Assembly (NCBI GenBank): GCA_963749495.1 | Contig: CAVVMW010000010.1 | Span: 512,001-576,000 of the forward strand | DNA length: 64,000 nt | Origin: an uncultured bacterium | GTDB lineage: Bacteria; Verrucomicrobiota; Verrucomicrobiia; Limisphaerales; UBA8199 | Reading direction: 5' to 3' | In this document: positions 11,815 to 22,500 of the stretch, one piece after another | Numbering within the stretch: the first letter of the stretch is position 1 | How the letters are laid out: each line of letters opens with the position of its first letter | Notes under the pieces: model-generated | The model's database searches: none | Seen by the model: the letters and a program-made list of their open reading frames with translations, nothing else | Told to the model about the DNA's origin: nothing | Made by a program: the position numbers and the translations under genes

Positions 11815-12869
11815 CCACTTTTGGCCGCAAATTAGCGCCAAAATGTCAGCCCTAATTTAGGCTACGGCCCGCTGCTGTTCTACTACCTGAGTCATGACAA
11901 TGCGGGCGTTTCCACCTTCGGCAGCATCACTCCGGGCGGGGTGGTCGGGGTCACCGCGGACCACTTCGTCGTCGGCAACAACTTCGATGCTTTGACCTTT
12001 ACCGCCACGGACATCGGTTATGGCGCCAATCTGTTCTATTACATCCGCCATGACGCGACCGGTCTTTCGACGTTCGGGACCATCAACCCGGCTTTGCCTG
12101 GAACCATCACCGATCGCTTTACCGTGGGAACCAACGTGGATGCGCTGGTCTTCACGGATCTGACCGCTCCAGGATACGGGCCAAATAATTTCTACTACCT
12201 GCGCCATGACGCGAGTGGTGTTTCCACTTTCGGAACCATCTTCGTCACCGGACTGACCACCGCTGTGGTGACCGACCGGTTCACCGTTGGCAGCAACGCT
12301 GCGGAATTGACCTTTACCGCCACGGACACGGGCTTTGGGGCCAACCTGTTCTACTTCCTTCGCGGCAGCGGCCTCAGTTTTACGACCAACATCGTCGCCA
12401 CCTTCACCACGAACACCGTGATAACCTTAATTACTAATACGGTGACCAGCTACACGACTAATAACGTGGTCAGCTTTACGCCGACCAACACTGTTGCGGC
12501 GAGCGGCATGGACACCTGTGAGGCCCGTACCGTTGCCGCCGCGGCCAATTGTCTTGGGCCTGTCGCCCTGTACAAGCAGCCCGGTTTGCGGGCGCAGCAG
12601 CTCGTGCAGGTCCTTGGCGCGCCAACTGCGGCCAACCGTTCCTTTAGCGTATCCTTCCCCAGCGAGAACGGGAAATCGTACACCGTGCAATATAAAAATA
12701 CACTGGATGATCCGGCCTGGAGCGACCTTGAAACAGTCGTCGGAACGGGTGGAGACCTGTCCATCACGGATGCCGCCGCAGCCCAGCAACGGTCGCGATT
12801 CTATCGGGTCATATTCACGCCATAAATTCGCACGGACCACTCGCCAGCGCTGAGGGAGACTGCTTTTCA

Positions 12870-12972
12870 CTTCGAAAAGCTGGTGGCCGCGCTCGTCGCC
12901 GACCCCGTTGACTTTGCGGTCGTCGGTGGCTTGGTGGTGATCTTCAATGGCTGCCCGCGGGTGAGTCTTTGA
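12870..12972 (+). pseudogene. Remnant of a nucleotidyltransferase-like gene N-terminus
   Basis: FEKLVAALVADPVDFAVVGGLVVIFNGCPRVSL* resembles the 'vvGGlAv..hG.pR.T.D' NTase start; truncated. Confidence 0.4.
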
Positions 12973-13237
12973 GCTTCTGCTTTGCAGTGTGAACCCCGCC
13001 GGACGCCCCGCCCGGGCCGGCATTGCAACCTGCACTGGCGCGACGCCCGCACCGTGCATTCTGCAACGAGGGTGGGAGGCGTGGATTGGCTCCAAAAACT
13101 CGCTCGGCTGATCGTGTTGCGACCCGTGCCGGCCCGGATTGCCAAAGGGCGGTTGTTGCTGGCAAGGCGGTTGCGACTTTTCCCGGGTTGGCCGCCTGAG
13201 GTTGATTGCCAGCCCCGGCCAGACCGCAGCGCCCGTG

Positions 13238-13253
13238 TGGCACACGATACGCT
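13238..13253 (+). promoter_or_regulatory. Putative sigma54 promoter (-24/-12)
   Basis: TGGCACACGATACGCT: GG and GC at canonical spacing, ~100 bp upstream of the lipoprotein gene. Confidence 0.4.
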
Positions 13254-13363
13254 CAGGACATGGCAGAGTCAGGAATGGGCTCTGCATGAACGGGGCCCGG
13301 ATTGCTGTCAATGAAAGTCAAAAAACGAGTTTACGCAATAAGAGAGCGCATACGATGACCAAT

Positions 13364-13834
13364 ATGAACCATCGAAACTTACTCATCACTCTCCTTGCTG
13401 TCTCCGCCTTCGCGGCGGGCTGCGAGAAGTCGGAACCCTCCGCGACCGACAATCGGGAGGCCACGGCCAAGCGGTTCGACAAAGTCAAAGCGGAAACCAA
13501 AGAGGCCGCGCAGGACATGAAGGACTACACCTACGCGCAGAAACAGCAGTTCGTGGAAACCATGCAAGCCCAGTTGGCCGCGCTGAATCGGGATTTGGAC
13601 GAGCTCTCGGCAAAGGTCGAAAAAGCCAGCGACGCCGCCAAAGCCGATGCGAAACCCAAACTTCAGGCTCTGCGCGACAAGGCGGATAAACTGAACCAGC
13701 AGCTCGACAAGGTCAAGACCGCCACCGAGTCCACCTGGGACGACGTCAAGGCCGGCTCCAAGAAGGCCTATAGCGAGTTGAAGGACGGCTTCCAGCAGGC
13801 ACGCCAGTGGTTGAGCGACAAGATCGCGCCTTAA
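13364..13834 (+). CDS. Coiled-coil lipoprotein (sll1863-like stress protein)
   Basis: Lipobox FAAG-C; Ala/Lys/Asp-rich helix ending TWDDVKAG...ELKDGF. Start 13355 or 13364. Confidence 0.8.
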   Translation: MNHRNLLITLLAVSAFAAGCEKSEPSATDNREATAKRFDKVKAETKEAAQDMKDYTYAQKQQFVETMQAQLAALNRDLDELSAKVEKASDAAKADAKPKLQALRDKADKLNQQLDKVKTATESTWDDVKAGSKKAYSELKDGFQQARQWLSDKIAP

Positions 13835-13997
13835 GGCAATGCCGCAGTAAACCAACAACAATCAAAGACGACGGATATAATCAGTGAATAATAACGTACG
13901 ATTAAACGATTCTGGCAGCCGGATGAGTGTGCGCCCCACAATGTTACAGATTTCCTCCTCGTAAACAAACAAACGTCAAAACGAAAGAAAACCAAAT

Positions 13998-14147
13998 ATG
14001 TTATACACAATTGCAGCAGTCCTGATCATTCTGTGGCTGCTCGGTCTCGTAACCAGTTACACGATGGGCGGGGTACTCCATCTCTTGCTGGTGGTTGCGC
14101 TGGTCATGGTGGTGCTCAACTTCTTTGCCGGGCGCAAAGGAGCATGA
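13998..14147 (+). CDS. lmo0937-family small membrane protein (49 aa; below the ORF-track cutoff)
   Basis: MLYTIAAVLIILWLLGLVTSYTMGGVLHLLLVVALVMVVLNFFAGRKGA*. Confidence 0.85.
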   Translation: MLYTIAAVLIILWLLGLVTSYTMGGVLHLLLVVALVMVVLNFFAGRKGA

Positions 14148-14217
14148 CGCATCATCAAACAAGCAAGGCGAACCCGTCTTCGCAAAAAGAGTCACCAAAC
14201 TCATTCGAAGGTCCATC

Positions 14218-14427
14218 ATGAACAAACTCATTTCTCTGGCGCTGCTGGCGGGCGGGATTGTCCTCATCGTCATTGGCGTCAATGCCACCAACTCATTCAG
14301 TTCGGACCTCTCGCGGTTCTTCAGAGGAACACCGACTGACAAGGCGGTCTGGATGCTCATTGGCGGCATCGTCTCGGCGGTGGTCGGGCTAGCAACGCTG
14401 CTGTTGCACAGTCCAAAACACACTTAA
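14218..14427 (+). CDS. DUF3185-like small membrane protein
   Basis: MNKLISLALLAGGIVLIVIG...SFSSDLSRFFRGTPTDKAVWMLIGG. Confidence 0.8.
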   Translation: MNKLISLALLAGGIVLIVIGVNATNSFSSDLSRFFRGTPTDKAVWMLIGGIVSAVVGLATLLLHSPKHT

Positions 14428-14635
14428 CGGCAGTCAAACCAAGATGCAGTATGTCGGTGCGGCGGAGAGGGCGCAAGCAAGGATCTCATCCAGGCAAAGC
14501 GTGCAAGTTGCATCACACCCGGGGGTTAAAGCCGGGCAATTTGCACGATTCCTCCGGACCAATGGCAGCACCTGCGAGGCGGCCCGAATCTGGAAGCCAT
14601 TGTACCCCATTGACTTGAACCTTCGGAGCCAAAGG

Positions 14636-14651
14636 CGGCACTTCAGATGCT
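14636..14651 (+). promoter_or_regulatory. Putative sigma54 promoter
   Basis: CGGCACTTCAGATGCT with GG/GC at -24/-12 spacing upstream of the radical SAM gene. Confidence 0.35.
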
Positions 14652-14811
14652 TCTCATAAATATGGGATCAGGAAACCGGAACCTGAACGCAAATAGCTGC
14701 AGCAAATGAACCGGGCTTTTGTGGTTGACGGCAGGCTGCCTGTTCAGCCAGATCCCAGATCGACCTTGCGAAAAAGAGAAAGGCAATTGATATGTTTAAG
14801 GTGAAACGGTG

Positions 14812-16216
14812 ATGCGAGTCTATTTGGTCAATCCCTCCAATCCGCTGGTCAGTTGCGTCAATGTCAACGGGAGCCGGTGGAACCGCTACCGCGTGTGGAA
14901 GCCGCTCAGCCTGATGGTGCTCGCAGGCCTGACTCCGCCGGACTGGGAAATCATCATCGTGGACGAGAACCTCGGCAGGCCGGACTACTCTGCCATGCCC
15001 CGGCCCGACTTGGTGGGCATTACCGCCTTCACTTCACAGGCGAACCGCGCCTATCAGGTGGCCGCTCACTTCCGGGGTCTGGGCGTACCCGTGGTCATGG
15101 GCGGCATTCACGCCACCCTGTGCGTGGGCGAGGTCATGGGACGTGTGGACTCGGTTGTTACGGGGGAAGCCGAGGGCATCTGGCCGCAAGTCCTGGAGGA
15201 CACCCGGCATGGCAGGTTGAAGCAGCGGTACGACGGAGGACATGCCGATCTGAACGATCTCGCGCCCGCCCGTCACGATTTGCTCCCCGCTCGATATGCC
15301 TTCGGAGCCATTCAGACCACGCGCGGCTGTCCCTTGAACTGCAGCTTCTGCAGTGTGACAACCTTCAACGGAGCCCAGTACCGGCGACGACCCATTGCCG
15401 AGGTCGTCCGCGAATTCAAGTTGATCCGTGAGAAACGGGTGCTGGTGGTGGACGACAACCTCATCGGCACGCGCCCGGAACACGTTGCCCGGGCCAAGGA
15501 GCTGTTTCGCGCCTTGGCTCAGGCAAACCTGCGCAAGCAGTGGGTGGCACAGGCCACCATTAATTTTGCCGATGACGAAGAAGCCCTGGCGTTGGCCGCG
15601 CGGGCCGGGTGCCAAGGCGTGTTCATCGGCTTCGAGTCCCCGACGCCCGCAGGGCTGCAGGAACTGGGCAAGAAGTTCAACCTGATAAAGGGCCGGGATT
15701 TCCGCGCCTCCGTGCAGCGCATCCAGCGGCACAAGATTCTGGTCGTGGGCTCCTTTATCATCGGTTTGGACATCGATGAACCGGGCATCGGCCGACGGAT
15801 CGCCGCGGTGGCCGGCGAGTACCGGCTTGGACCATCTCAACACGCTGTTTCTGACCCCCCTGCCGGGGACCCGCCTGTGGGACCAGATGAGATCGGAGGC
15901 TCGCATCGCCCTTAATAGGTTTCCGGAAGACTGGAAATACTACACGCTGACGTTCCCGGTGGCCCGGTATAACCATTTCTCTCAGGACGGTATTATCCGG
16001 GAAATGATCGCCTGCAACCAGTGCTTCTATTCCCTGGGGCGCATTCTGCGCCGGGCGTGGAACAGCTTTTGGCACCGCCGCCACCCGCTGCTCAGCCTCG
16101 TGGGCAGTCTTTCCTACCGGAGCAACGCCCGGCTTGACGGCAAGACCTACGCGGATTTCAAGCACGGGCTGCGCACTTTCTTCGACACAAACCCAATGCC
16201 ACGGAGAAACCAGTGA
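14812..16216 (+). CDS. B12-binding radical SAM protein (frameshift near 15822)
   Basis: VVMGGIHA and GEAE (B12 domain); RGCPLNCSFC; continuation LTPLPGTRLW in the next frame. Confidence 0.85.
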
Positions 16217-16255
16217 AACCTGGAGTCAAAGAAGAACAATAACGAAAAGACGAAG

Positions 16256-16390
16256 ATGAGAACATTAGCTGGTCTGTGGATTGACCATCGAGAGGCCGTC
16301 ATCGTGCTCGTGTCCCCGAAAGGGCAGGAGACCCGGAGGATAGTCAGGCATGATCGCTCATCGATTCCAACGCATGAAAGGACCGTTTGA
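16256..16390 (+). pseudogene. Truncated N-terminus of a 'GLWIDH' (eRF1/host-attachment-like) gene
   Basis: MRTLAGLWIDHREAVIVLVS... ends after 44 codons. Confidence 0.45.
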
Positions 16391-16533
16391 GGAGATTCGC
16401 ATCACCGACCTGGACCTCGGCCTGACGCAGCCGCCTCAAGAAGCCCCCGGCTTTCGGCGCCTCTGCCTCAAGCTCTCGAATTGAGAGGATCATCCTGAAT
16501 ACCGCCTCCGGAAAAGAGATCAGCCTGGAAGGG

Positions 16534-19500
16534 TTGCTCAGCCGAGTGGCCGAGTATGTGCAGGTGCGCCCCCCGCCGAATGACCCGCCGCTGCGTGGAG
16601 AAGTGTTCAGCCTTGAACAACTGGTCCACCATGCCAAAGCCCTCGCCGAGAATCACCCGGTCGTCACCCGGCGGGGCGCCAACCGATTGCTCGCGCGGTT
16701 GGGTGAAAACGAACAGGTTTTAAGGGCTTACAACCGCGCGACTCAGGCTGTGGACCAAACCCGGCGCGTCACCCACGCGGCCGAATGGTTGCTCGACAAT
16801 TTTTACCTGATCGAAGAGCAAATCCAGATGGCCCGCCGGCATTTGCCCCGGGGTTACAGCCGGGAACTGCCCCGCCTGCTGGCGGGTCCTTCGGCCGGGC
16901 TTCCGCGCGTCTATGACCTCGCGCTCGAATTGATTTCGCACGTGGATGCGCAGATTGATGCCGAGCCGCTGCGCGCCTTCATCGCGGCCTACCAAACCGT
17001 ATCCGCCTTGAAACTGGGCGAGTTGTGGGCCATTCCGATCATGCTCCGGCTGGCCTTGATCGAAAACCTGCGCCGGGTCACCTCGCGGCTGATGATCTCG
17101 CGGCATGATCGCGACCTGGCTGACCTGTGGGTCGAGCGCCTGCAGGAGATGGCGGAGAAGAATCCCTCTCACCTCGTCGTGGTGGTGGCCGACATGGCGC
17201 GGTCCACCCTGCCGTTGTCCAGCGCCTTCGTGGCGGAGTTCTCCCAACGCTTGTCCCGTCAAAGCCCGGCGATGCACCTGGCGCGGACCTGGCTGGAGCA
17301 GCGGCTCATGGACCAGGGACTTTCCATCGAGCAACTGGTCCATCTAGAGAGCCAGAACCAGGCCGCCGACCAGGTCTCGGTGAGTCACACGATCAACAGT
17401 CTGCGCTTCCTGGGCGCCTTGGACTGGCGCGAGTTTGTCGAGACGATGAGCCAGGTCGACCAGACGCTTCGCCTCGACCCCGCCGGGGTTTACGCGAAAA
17501 TGGACTTCTCCACCCGCGATCGCTATCGCCATTCAGTCGAGACCATTTCCCGCCACAGCGGGCTCCTGGAGTCGGAGGTGGCGCGAAAGGCCATCCAACT
17601 CGCCGAAGCCAGCGCCCGGGAACGAGGAATTCAAGACCGGACCGCTCATGTGGGATTTCACCTGATCGACAAGGGCCTGGCGGCGCTGGAACGCGCGGCA
17701 GAAATGCGCCAGCCCTGGCAAAGAGCTGTCGAGCGGCGCATCCGCCACTTTCCGCTGGCGTTCTATGGAGGCGGAGTTTCGTTGCTCACGGTGCTGGGGA
17801 CTCTCGGGTTAATCCACCAGGCGCGGGCACTGGAGGTGCAGGGGTGGAAGCTGGCTTTCTTCACGCTCGTGTTCCTCCTTTGTTCCAGTCAATTGGCCGT
17901 CGCGTTGATGAATTGGCTTTCCACCTCTTTGGTCAAACCCCGCCTGCTGCCGCGTTTGGATTACTCCACCGGCATCGCGCCGGAGTGCCGGACCATGGTG
18001 GTCGTGCCGACGATGTTGACCAGCTCCAGGGCGGTCGCCCGGCTCATCGAAAGTGTGGAAATTCACTACCTGGCGAATCGAGATCGGAACCTTCACTTCG
18101 CGTTGTTGACCGATTTCCAGGACGCGCCGGAAGAGATCCGACCGGAAGACACCTTGTTGCTCGAGCGCGCGCGCGCCGGGGTCGAGATGCTCAACGCCAA
18201 ATACCAATCCGACTGGCCTAACATCTTCTTCCTCTTCCACCGGCCGCGCTGTTGGAACAAAGTCGAGGGTCTATGGATGGGTTATGAGCGCAAGCGGGGC
18301 AAACTGACTGAGTTCAACGCCCTGCTCCGCGGCGGGTCCAGAGACTGTTTTTCCCAGATCGTCGGCGATACTTCTATTCTGCCGGCCATCAAATTTGTTA
18401 TTACCCTCGACACCGATACGCAGCTTCCTCGCGATGCCGCCCGCCAGCTCGCCGGAACGATGGCTCATCCGCTCAACCGGCCGCAGTTCGATCCGGTCAA
18501 GGGCGTGGTGACCGAGGGTTACGGCATCTTGCAGCCGCGCCTCGGGGTGAGTCTGCCCGGCGCCGGACGTTCCTGGTTTGTCAAACTGTTTGCGGGTGAC
18601 GTCGGGATTGACCCTTACACCCGCGCGGTTTCGGACGTTTATCAGGATGTGTTCCAGGAGGGGTCGTTTATTGGCAAAGGGATCTATGATGTGGATGCAT
18701 TTCAACAAGCCGTCGCCGGCCGTTTCCCGGAAAACACGGTGTTAAGCCATGATTTGATCGAATCCTGCCATGCCCGCTCGGCGCTGGTCAGCGACGTCGA
18801 GTTGTATGAAGAATATCCTTCCCGTTACAGCACCGACATCAATCGGCGCCACCGTTGGATTCGGGGCGATTGGCAAATCGCCCAGTGGCTCTTGCCCCGC
18901 GTTCCGGGACCCGATGCCCGCCGCATCGCCAATCCCCTGTCCGGCTTGTCGCAATGGAAGATCCTCGACAACCTCCGGCGCAGCCTGGTCCCCGCCGCCT
19001 TGCTGCTGCTGCTGCTGGGCAGTTGGATGCTGCTCCCGGGCCTCGGTACGACCGGACCCTGGTTGGTCCTGTTGATCGTTAGCCTGCCCGCGTTGTTATC
19101 GGTGGCGGTCGAGCTGTTCCGCAAGCCGCGGGAGGTGTCGCTGGGATTACACTTGCGCGGGCTGGCCGGCTCGACCGGACGCCAGCTTGGCCAGGCCCTG
19201 CTCACCTTCGTATTCCTGCCGTACGACGCTTTCATCAGCCTCGATGCCGTCGTCCGCACGCTGGTGCGGCTGCTGTTGACTCGCAAACGGCTCCTGGAAT
19301 GGCAAACCGCCAGCGATGCCGAACGCGCCGCCCGCAGCGGTCCCGTGGGATTTTATGCGACCATGTGGGTCGCTCCGGCCGTTGCCCTGGCCTGTGGGTC
19401 TTTCCTGGCCTGGATGCAGCCCGCGCAATTGCCCTTCGCCGCCCCAATCCTGGCTCTCTGGCTGGCCTCTCCTTGGATAGCCTGGCGCATCAGCCAGCCC

Positions 19501-22500
19501 ATCGGGCCTTCGTCGGCGCCGGACTTAATGCCGGCACAAGTGGCCTTCCTTCGGCGAACGGCCCGGAAGACCTGGCGTTTCTTCGAAACCTTCGTCACGG
19601 CACAAGAACACTGGCTGCCGCCGGATAATTTCCAGGAGGAACCCGTCCCGTTGGTGGCCTCTCGCACTTCTCCCACCAACATGGGATTGGCCCTGTTGGC
19701 CAACCTGGCAGCGTGCGACTTCGGCTATTTGCCCGTTGGCCAACTCCTGCGGCGCACACAGGATGCCCTGGGCGCCATGCAACGCCTCGAACGGCACCGT
19801 GGTCATTTCTTCAATTGGTATGATACCCGAACGCTCAAGCCGTTGCTGCCGCTCTATGTTTCCAGCGTGGACAGCGGCAACCTCGCGGGCCACCTGCTGA
19901 CCTTGAGTCCTGGCTTGGCGGAATTACAGACCCAACCGATCCTCACTCCTCAGGTGTTCGTTGGTCTGGCGGACACCATAGGCATTTTCCGCGAGTTGAC
20001 CGGCAGCAGCTCCGAGTTGGAGCACCTCGAATCGGAACTGGCGCAGCCACCCTCGACCCTGCGCGCCGGGGTTGACTTGCTGCAACGAGTAGCCGATCGG
20101 GCGGCGGCATTGGCCGCGGCGCTCGATGCGGGAGCCGGGCAGGAGTTGAAATGGTGGACCCAGGCTCTGGAACGAAATTGCCGGGACCATTTGGCAGATT
20201 TGCTTTTCCTGGCGCCCTGGCTGGCCTTGGCGCCTGACTCCGCCGCCCTCCCCGCGGAGCTCGCCCAACTCGACCAGGCGCCCAGTTTGCGCCAGGTGGC
20301 AGAGTTGGATCAATCGCTCTGCCCGTTGCTCGAAGCGGCCCTGCAAGCCCTCGCCATGGAACCTGCCTCATCCGGGAAGCCCGAGGAGGAAGCGCGCCTT
20401 GCCCAATGGTTGCGCTGCCTGCGGGAAGCCGGCAGCCGCGCCAGCCAGCGCATCCTGGCACTGGAAACCCTGGCGCGGCAAAGCGCAGAACTGGCCGGGA
20501 TGGACTTCGGCTTTTTGTTCGATCCCGCGCGCAAGCTCTTCTCCATCGGCTTCAACGTCACCGAACGCCGCTGTGACGCCAGCTTTTATGATCTGCTGGC
20601 GTCCGAGGCTCGTTTGTGCAGCTATGTCGTTATCGCCCAGGGGCAAGTTTCGCAGGACCACTGGTTCTCGCTGGGCCGGCTGCTCGTCGCTTTGGGAGGC
20701 GATCCGGTGTTGGCTTCATGGAGCGGGTCGATGTTCGAGTACTTGATGCCGCTGCTGGTCATGCCCAACTATGAACACACCTTGCTGGGTCAAACGTGCA
20801 ACGGGGCGGTCCGGCAGCAGATCCAGTACGGCCGATTGCGCGGCGTCCCGTGGGGTGTGTCCGAATCCGGCTACAACCGAACCGATGTCCATCTGAATTA
20901 TCAATACCGCGCCTTTGGCGTGCCGGGCCTCGGTTTAAAGCGGGGCCTGGCCGAGGACCTGGTGATTGCTCCTTACGCCACGGCAATGGCGCTGATGGTG
21001 GCGCCCCGGGAGGCCTGCGACAACCTCGAACAACTCGCCGCCGAGGGGCGCCAAGGGGCTTACGGGTTTTACGAGGCGGTGGATTATACTCCCTCACGTC
21101 TGCCTCCTGGCCAGTCCAGCGTCACCATCCGCTCGTTCATGGCCCATCATCAGGGAATGAGCCTGCTGGCCCTGGCGTATCGGGTGCTGGACCGTCCCAT
21201 GCAGCGGCGCTTCCTGTCGTGCCCCGCGTTGCGCGCCGCGGACTTGCTCTTGCAGGAGCGCGTGCCCAACACCACCGCCAAAGTGCTCTCCGAAGAGTAT
21301 GAATTGGTGAAATCGCGCAGGTTTGCCGGCGACGGCGAGGGCCTCATGCGCGTCTTCACCAATCCCGATCTGCGCGCGCCCGAGGTCCACCTCTTGTCCA
21401 ACGGCCGCTATCACGTGGTGGTCAGCAGCGCCGGCGGCGGCTACAGCCGCTGGCGGGAGCTGGCCGTCACCCGCTGGTGCGAGGATGCCACGCGCGATTG
21501 CTGGGGCACCTTCATCTATTTGCGCGACGTGGCCACCGGCGAATCCTGGTCTGCCGCCCATCAACCTTGCCGGCGCGCCACCAAACGCTGCGAAGCCATC
21601 TTCACTCAGGCCCGCGCCGAGTTTCGCCAGCACCATGCCGGCCTGGAAATCCACACCGAAATCAGCGTCTCGCCCGAAGACGATGTCGAATTGCGCCGCG
21701 TGACTCTCACCAACCATTCCCACGCCCGGCGCGTCATCGAAGTGACCAGTTATGCCGAGGTCGTGCTCGCGCCTCCTGCGGCCGACGCTTCCCATCCCGC
21801 CTTCAGCAATCTGTTCGTGCAAACCGAGTTCTTGGATTCACGTCCCGCGGTTCTTTGCACCCGCCGCCCCCGCTCCGAAGCGGAAAAGCCGCCCTGGCTT
21901 TTGAATTTCATGGTCGGGCAGGGCGGCGAGCAGGGTGCCATCTCCTGCGAAACCGACCGCGCCGGGTTCATCGGGCGAGGCCGGACCCTCGCCGAACCAG
22001 CCGCTCTGCAGACCATTTCACCACTGTCCAACACCACCGGTTCCGTTCTGGATCCTATCACCTCGTTGCGGCGCACCGTCACACTGGCGCCGCACGAAAC
22101 CGCCCGCGTTGACCTGGTCATGGGCATGGCCGAGAGCCGGGAGGCGGCGCTGGCGCTGGTGGAGAAATACCACAACCCGCGCATGGCCGACCGGGCCCTG
22201 GACCTCGCGTGGACCCACAGCCAGGTCACCCTGCGCCACATCAACGCCTCCGAAGCCGACGCCCAGCTCTATGCCCGGCTGGCGGGCGCCTTGATTTATG
22301 CCAATCCCGCCCGGCGTGCCGCTCCCAGTGTGTTGCTCAGTAACCGGCGCGGCCAAAGCGGACTTTGGGGCTATGGCATCTCCGGTGACGCGCCGATCGT
22401 CCTGCTGCGCATCAGCGACCCCGCCAGAATCGAGCTCGTCCAGCAACTCCTCCGGGCCCACTCCTACTGGCGGATGAAAGGTTTGCCGGTCGACCTGGTC

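Larger units (their letters stand above)
9734..11849 (+). mobile_element. Complete IS (IS4-superfamily, ISH3/IS701-like DDE), 2116 bp, 6-bp TSD CCCTAA
   Basis: TIRs CTGACATTTTGGCGATAATTTGCG / CGCAAATTAGCGCCAAAATGTCAG; CCCTAA at 9728-9733 and 11850-11855. Excision restores the host frame (YAAPN-LGYGPLLFYY). Family assignment is tentative. Confidence 0.92.
2766..12825 (+). pseudogene. Giant exported surface protein (tandem Cys-containing DUF11/DUF7507-like Ig domains, propeller-like repeats, C-terminal ...RFYR domain), broken by 2 frameshifts, a stop and an IS
   Basis: ORFs 2766-6848, 6599-8410, 8298-8579, 8613-9737 and 11941-12825 are successive pieces; the first four carry the ~106-aa repeat (LTYSGTVxNxGNVTLTNVVV...LAPG). 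Signal peptide ending AFAQ. Frameshifts near 6797 and 8327, TAG at 8577-8579, IS at 9734-11849. Confidence 0.88.
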
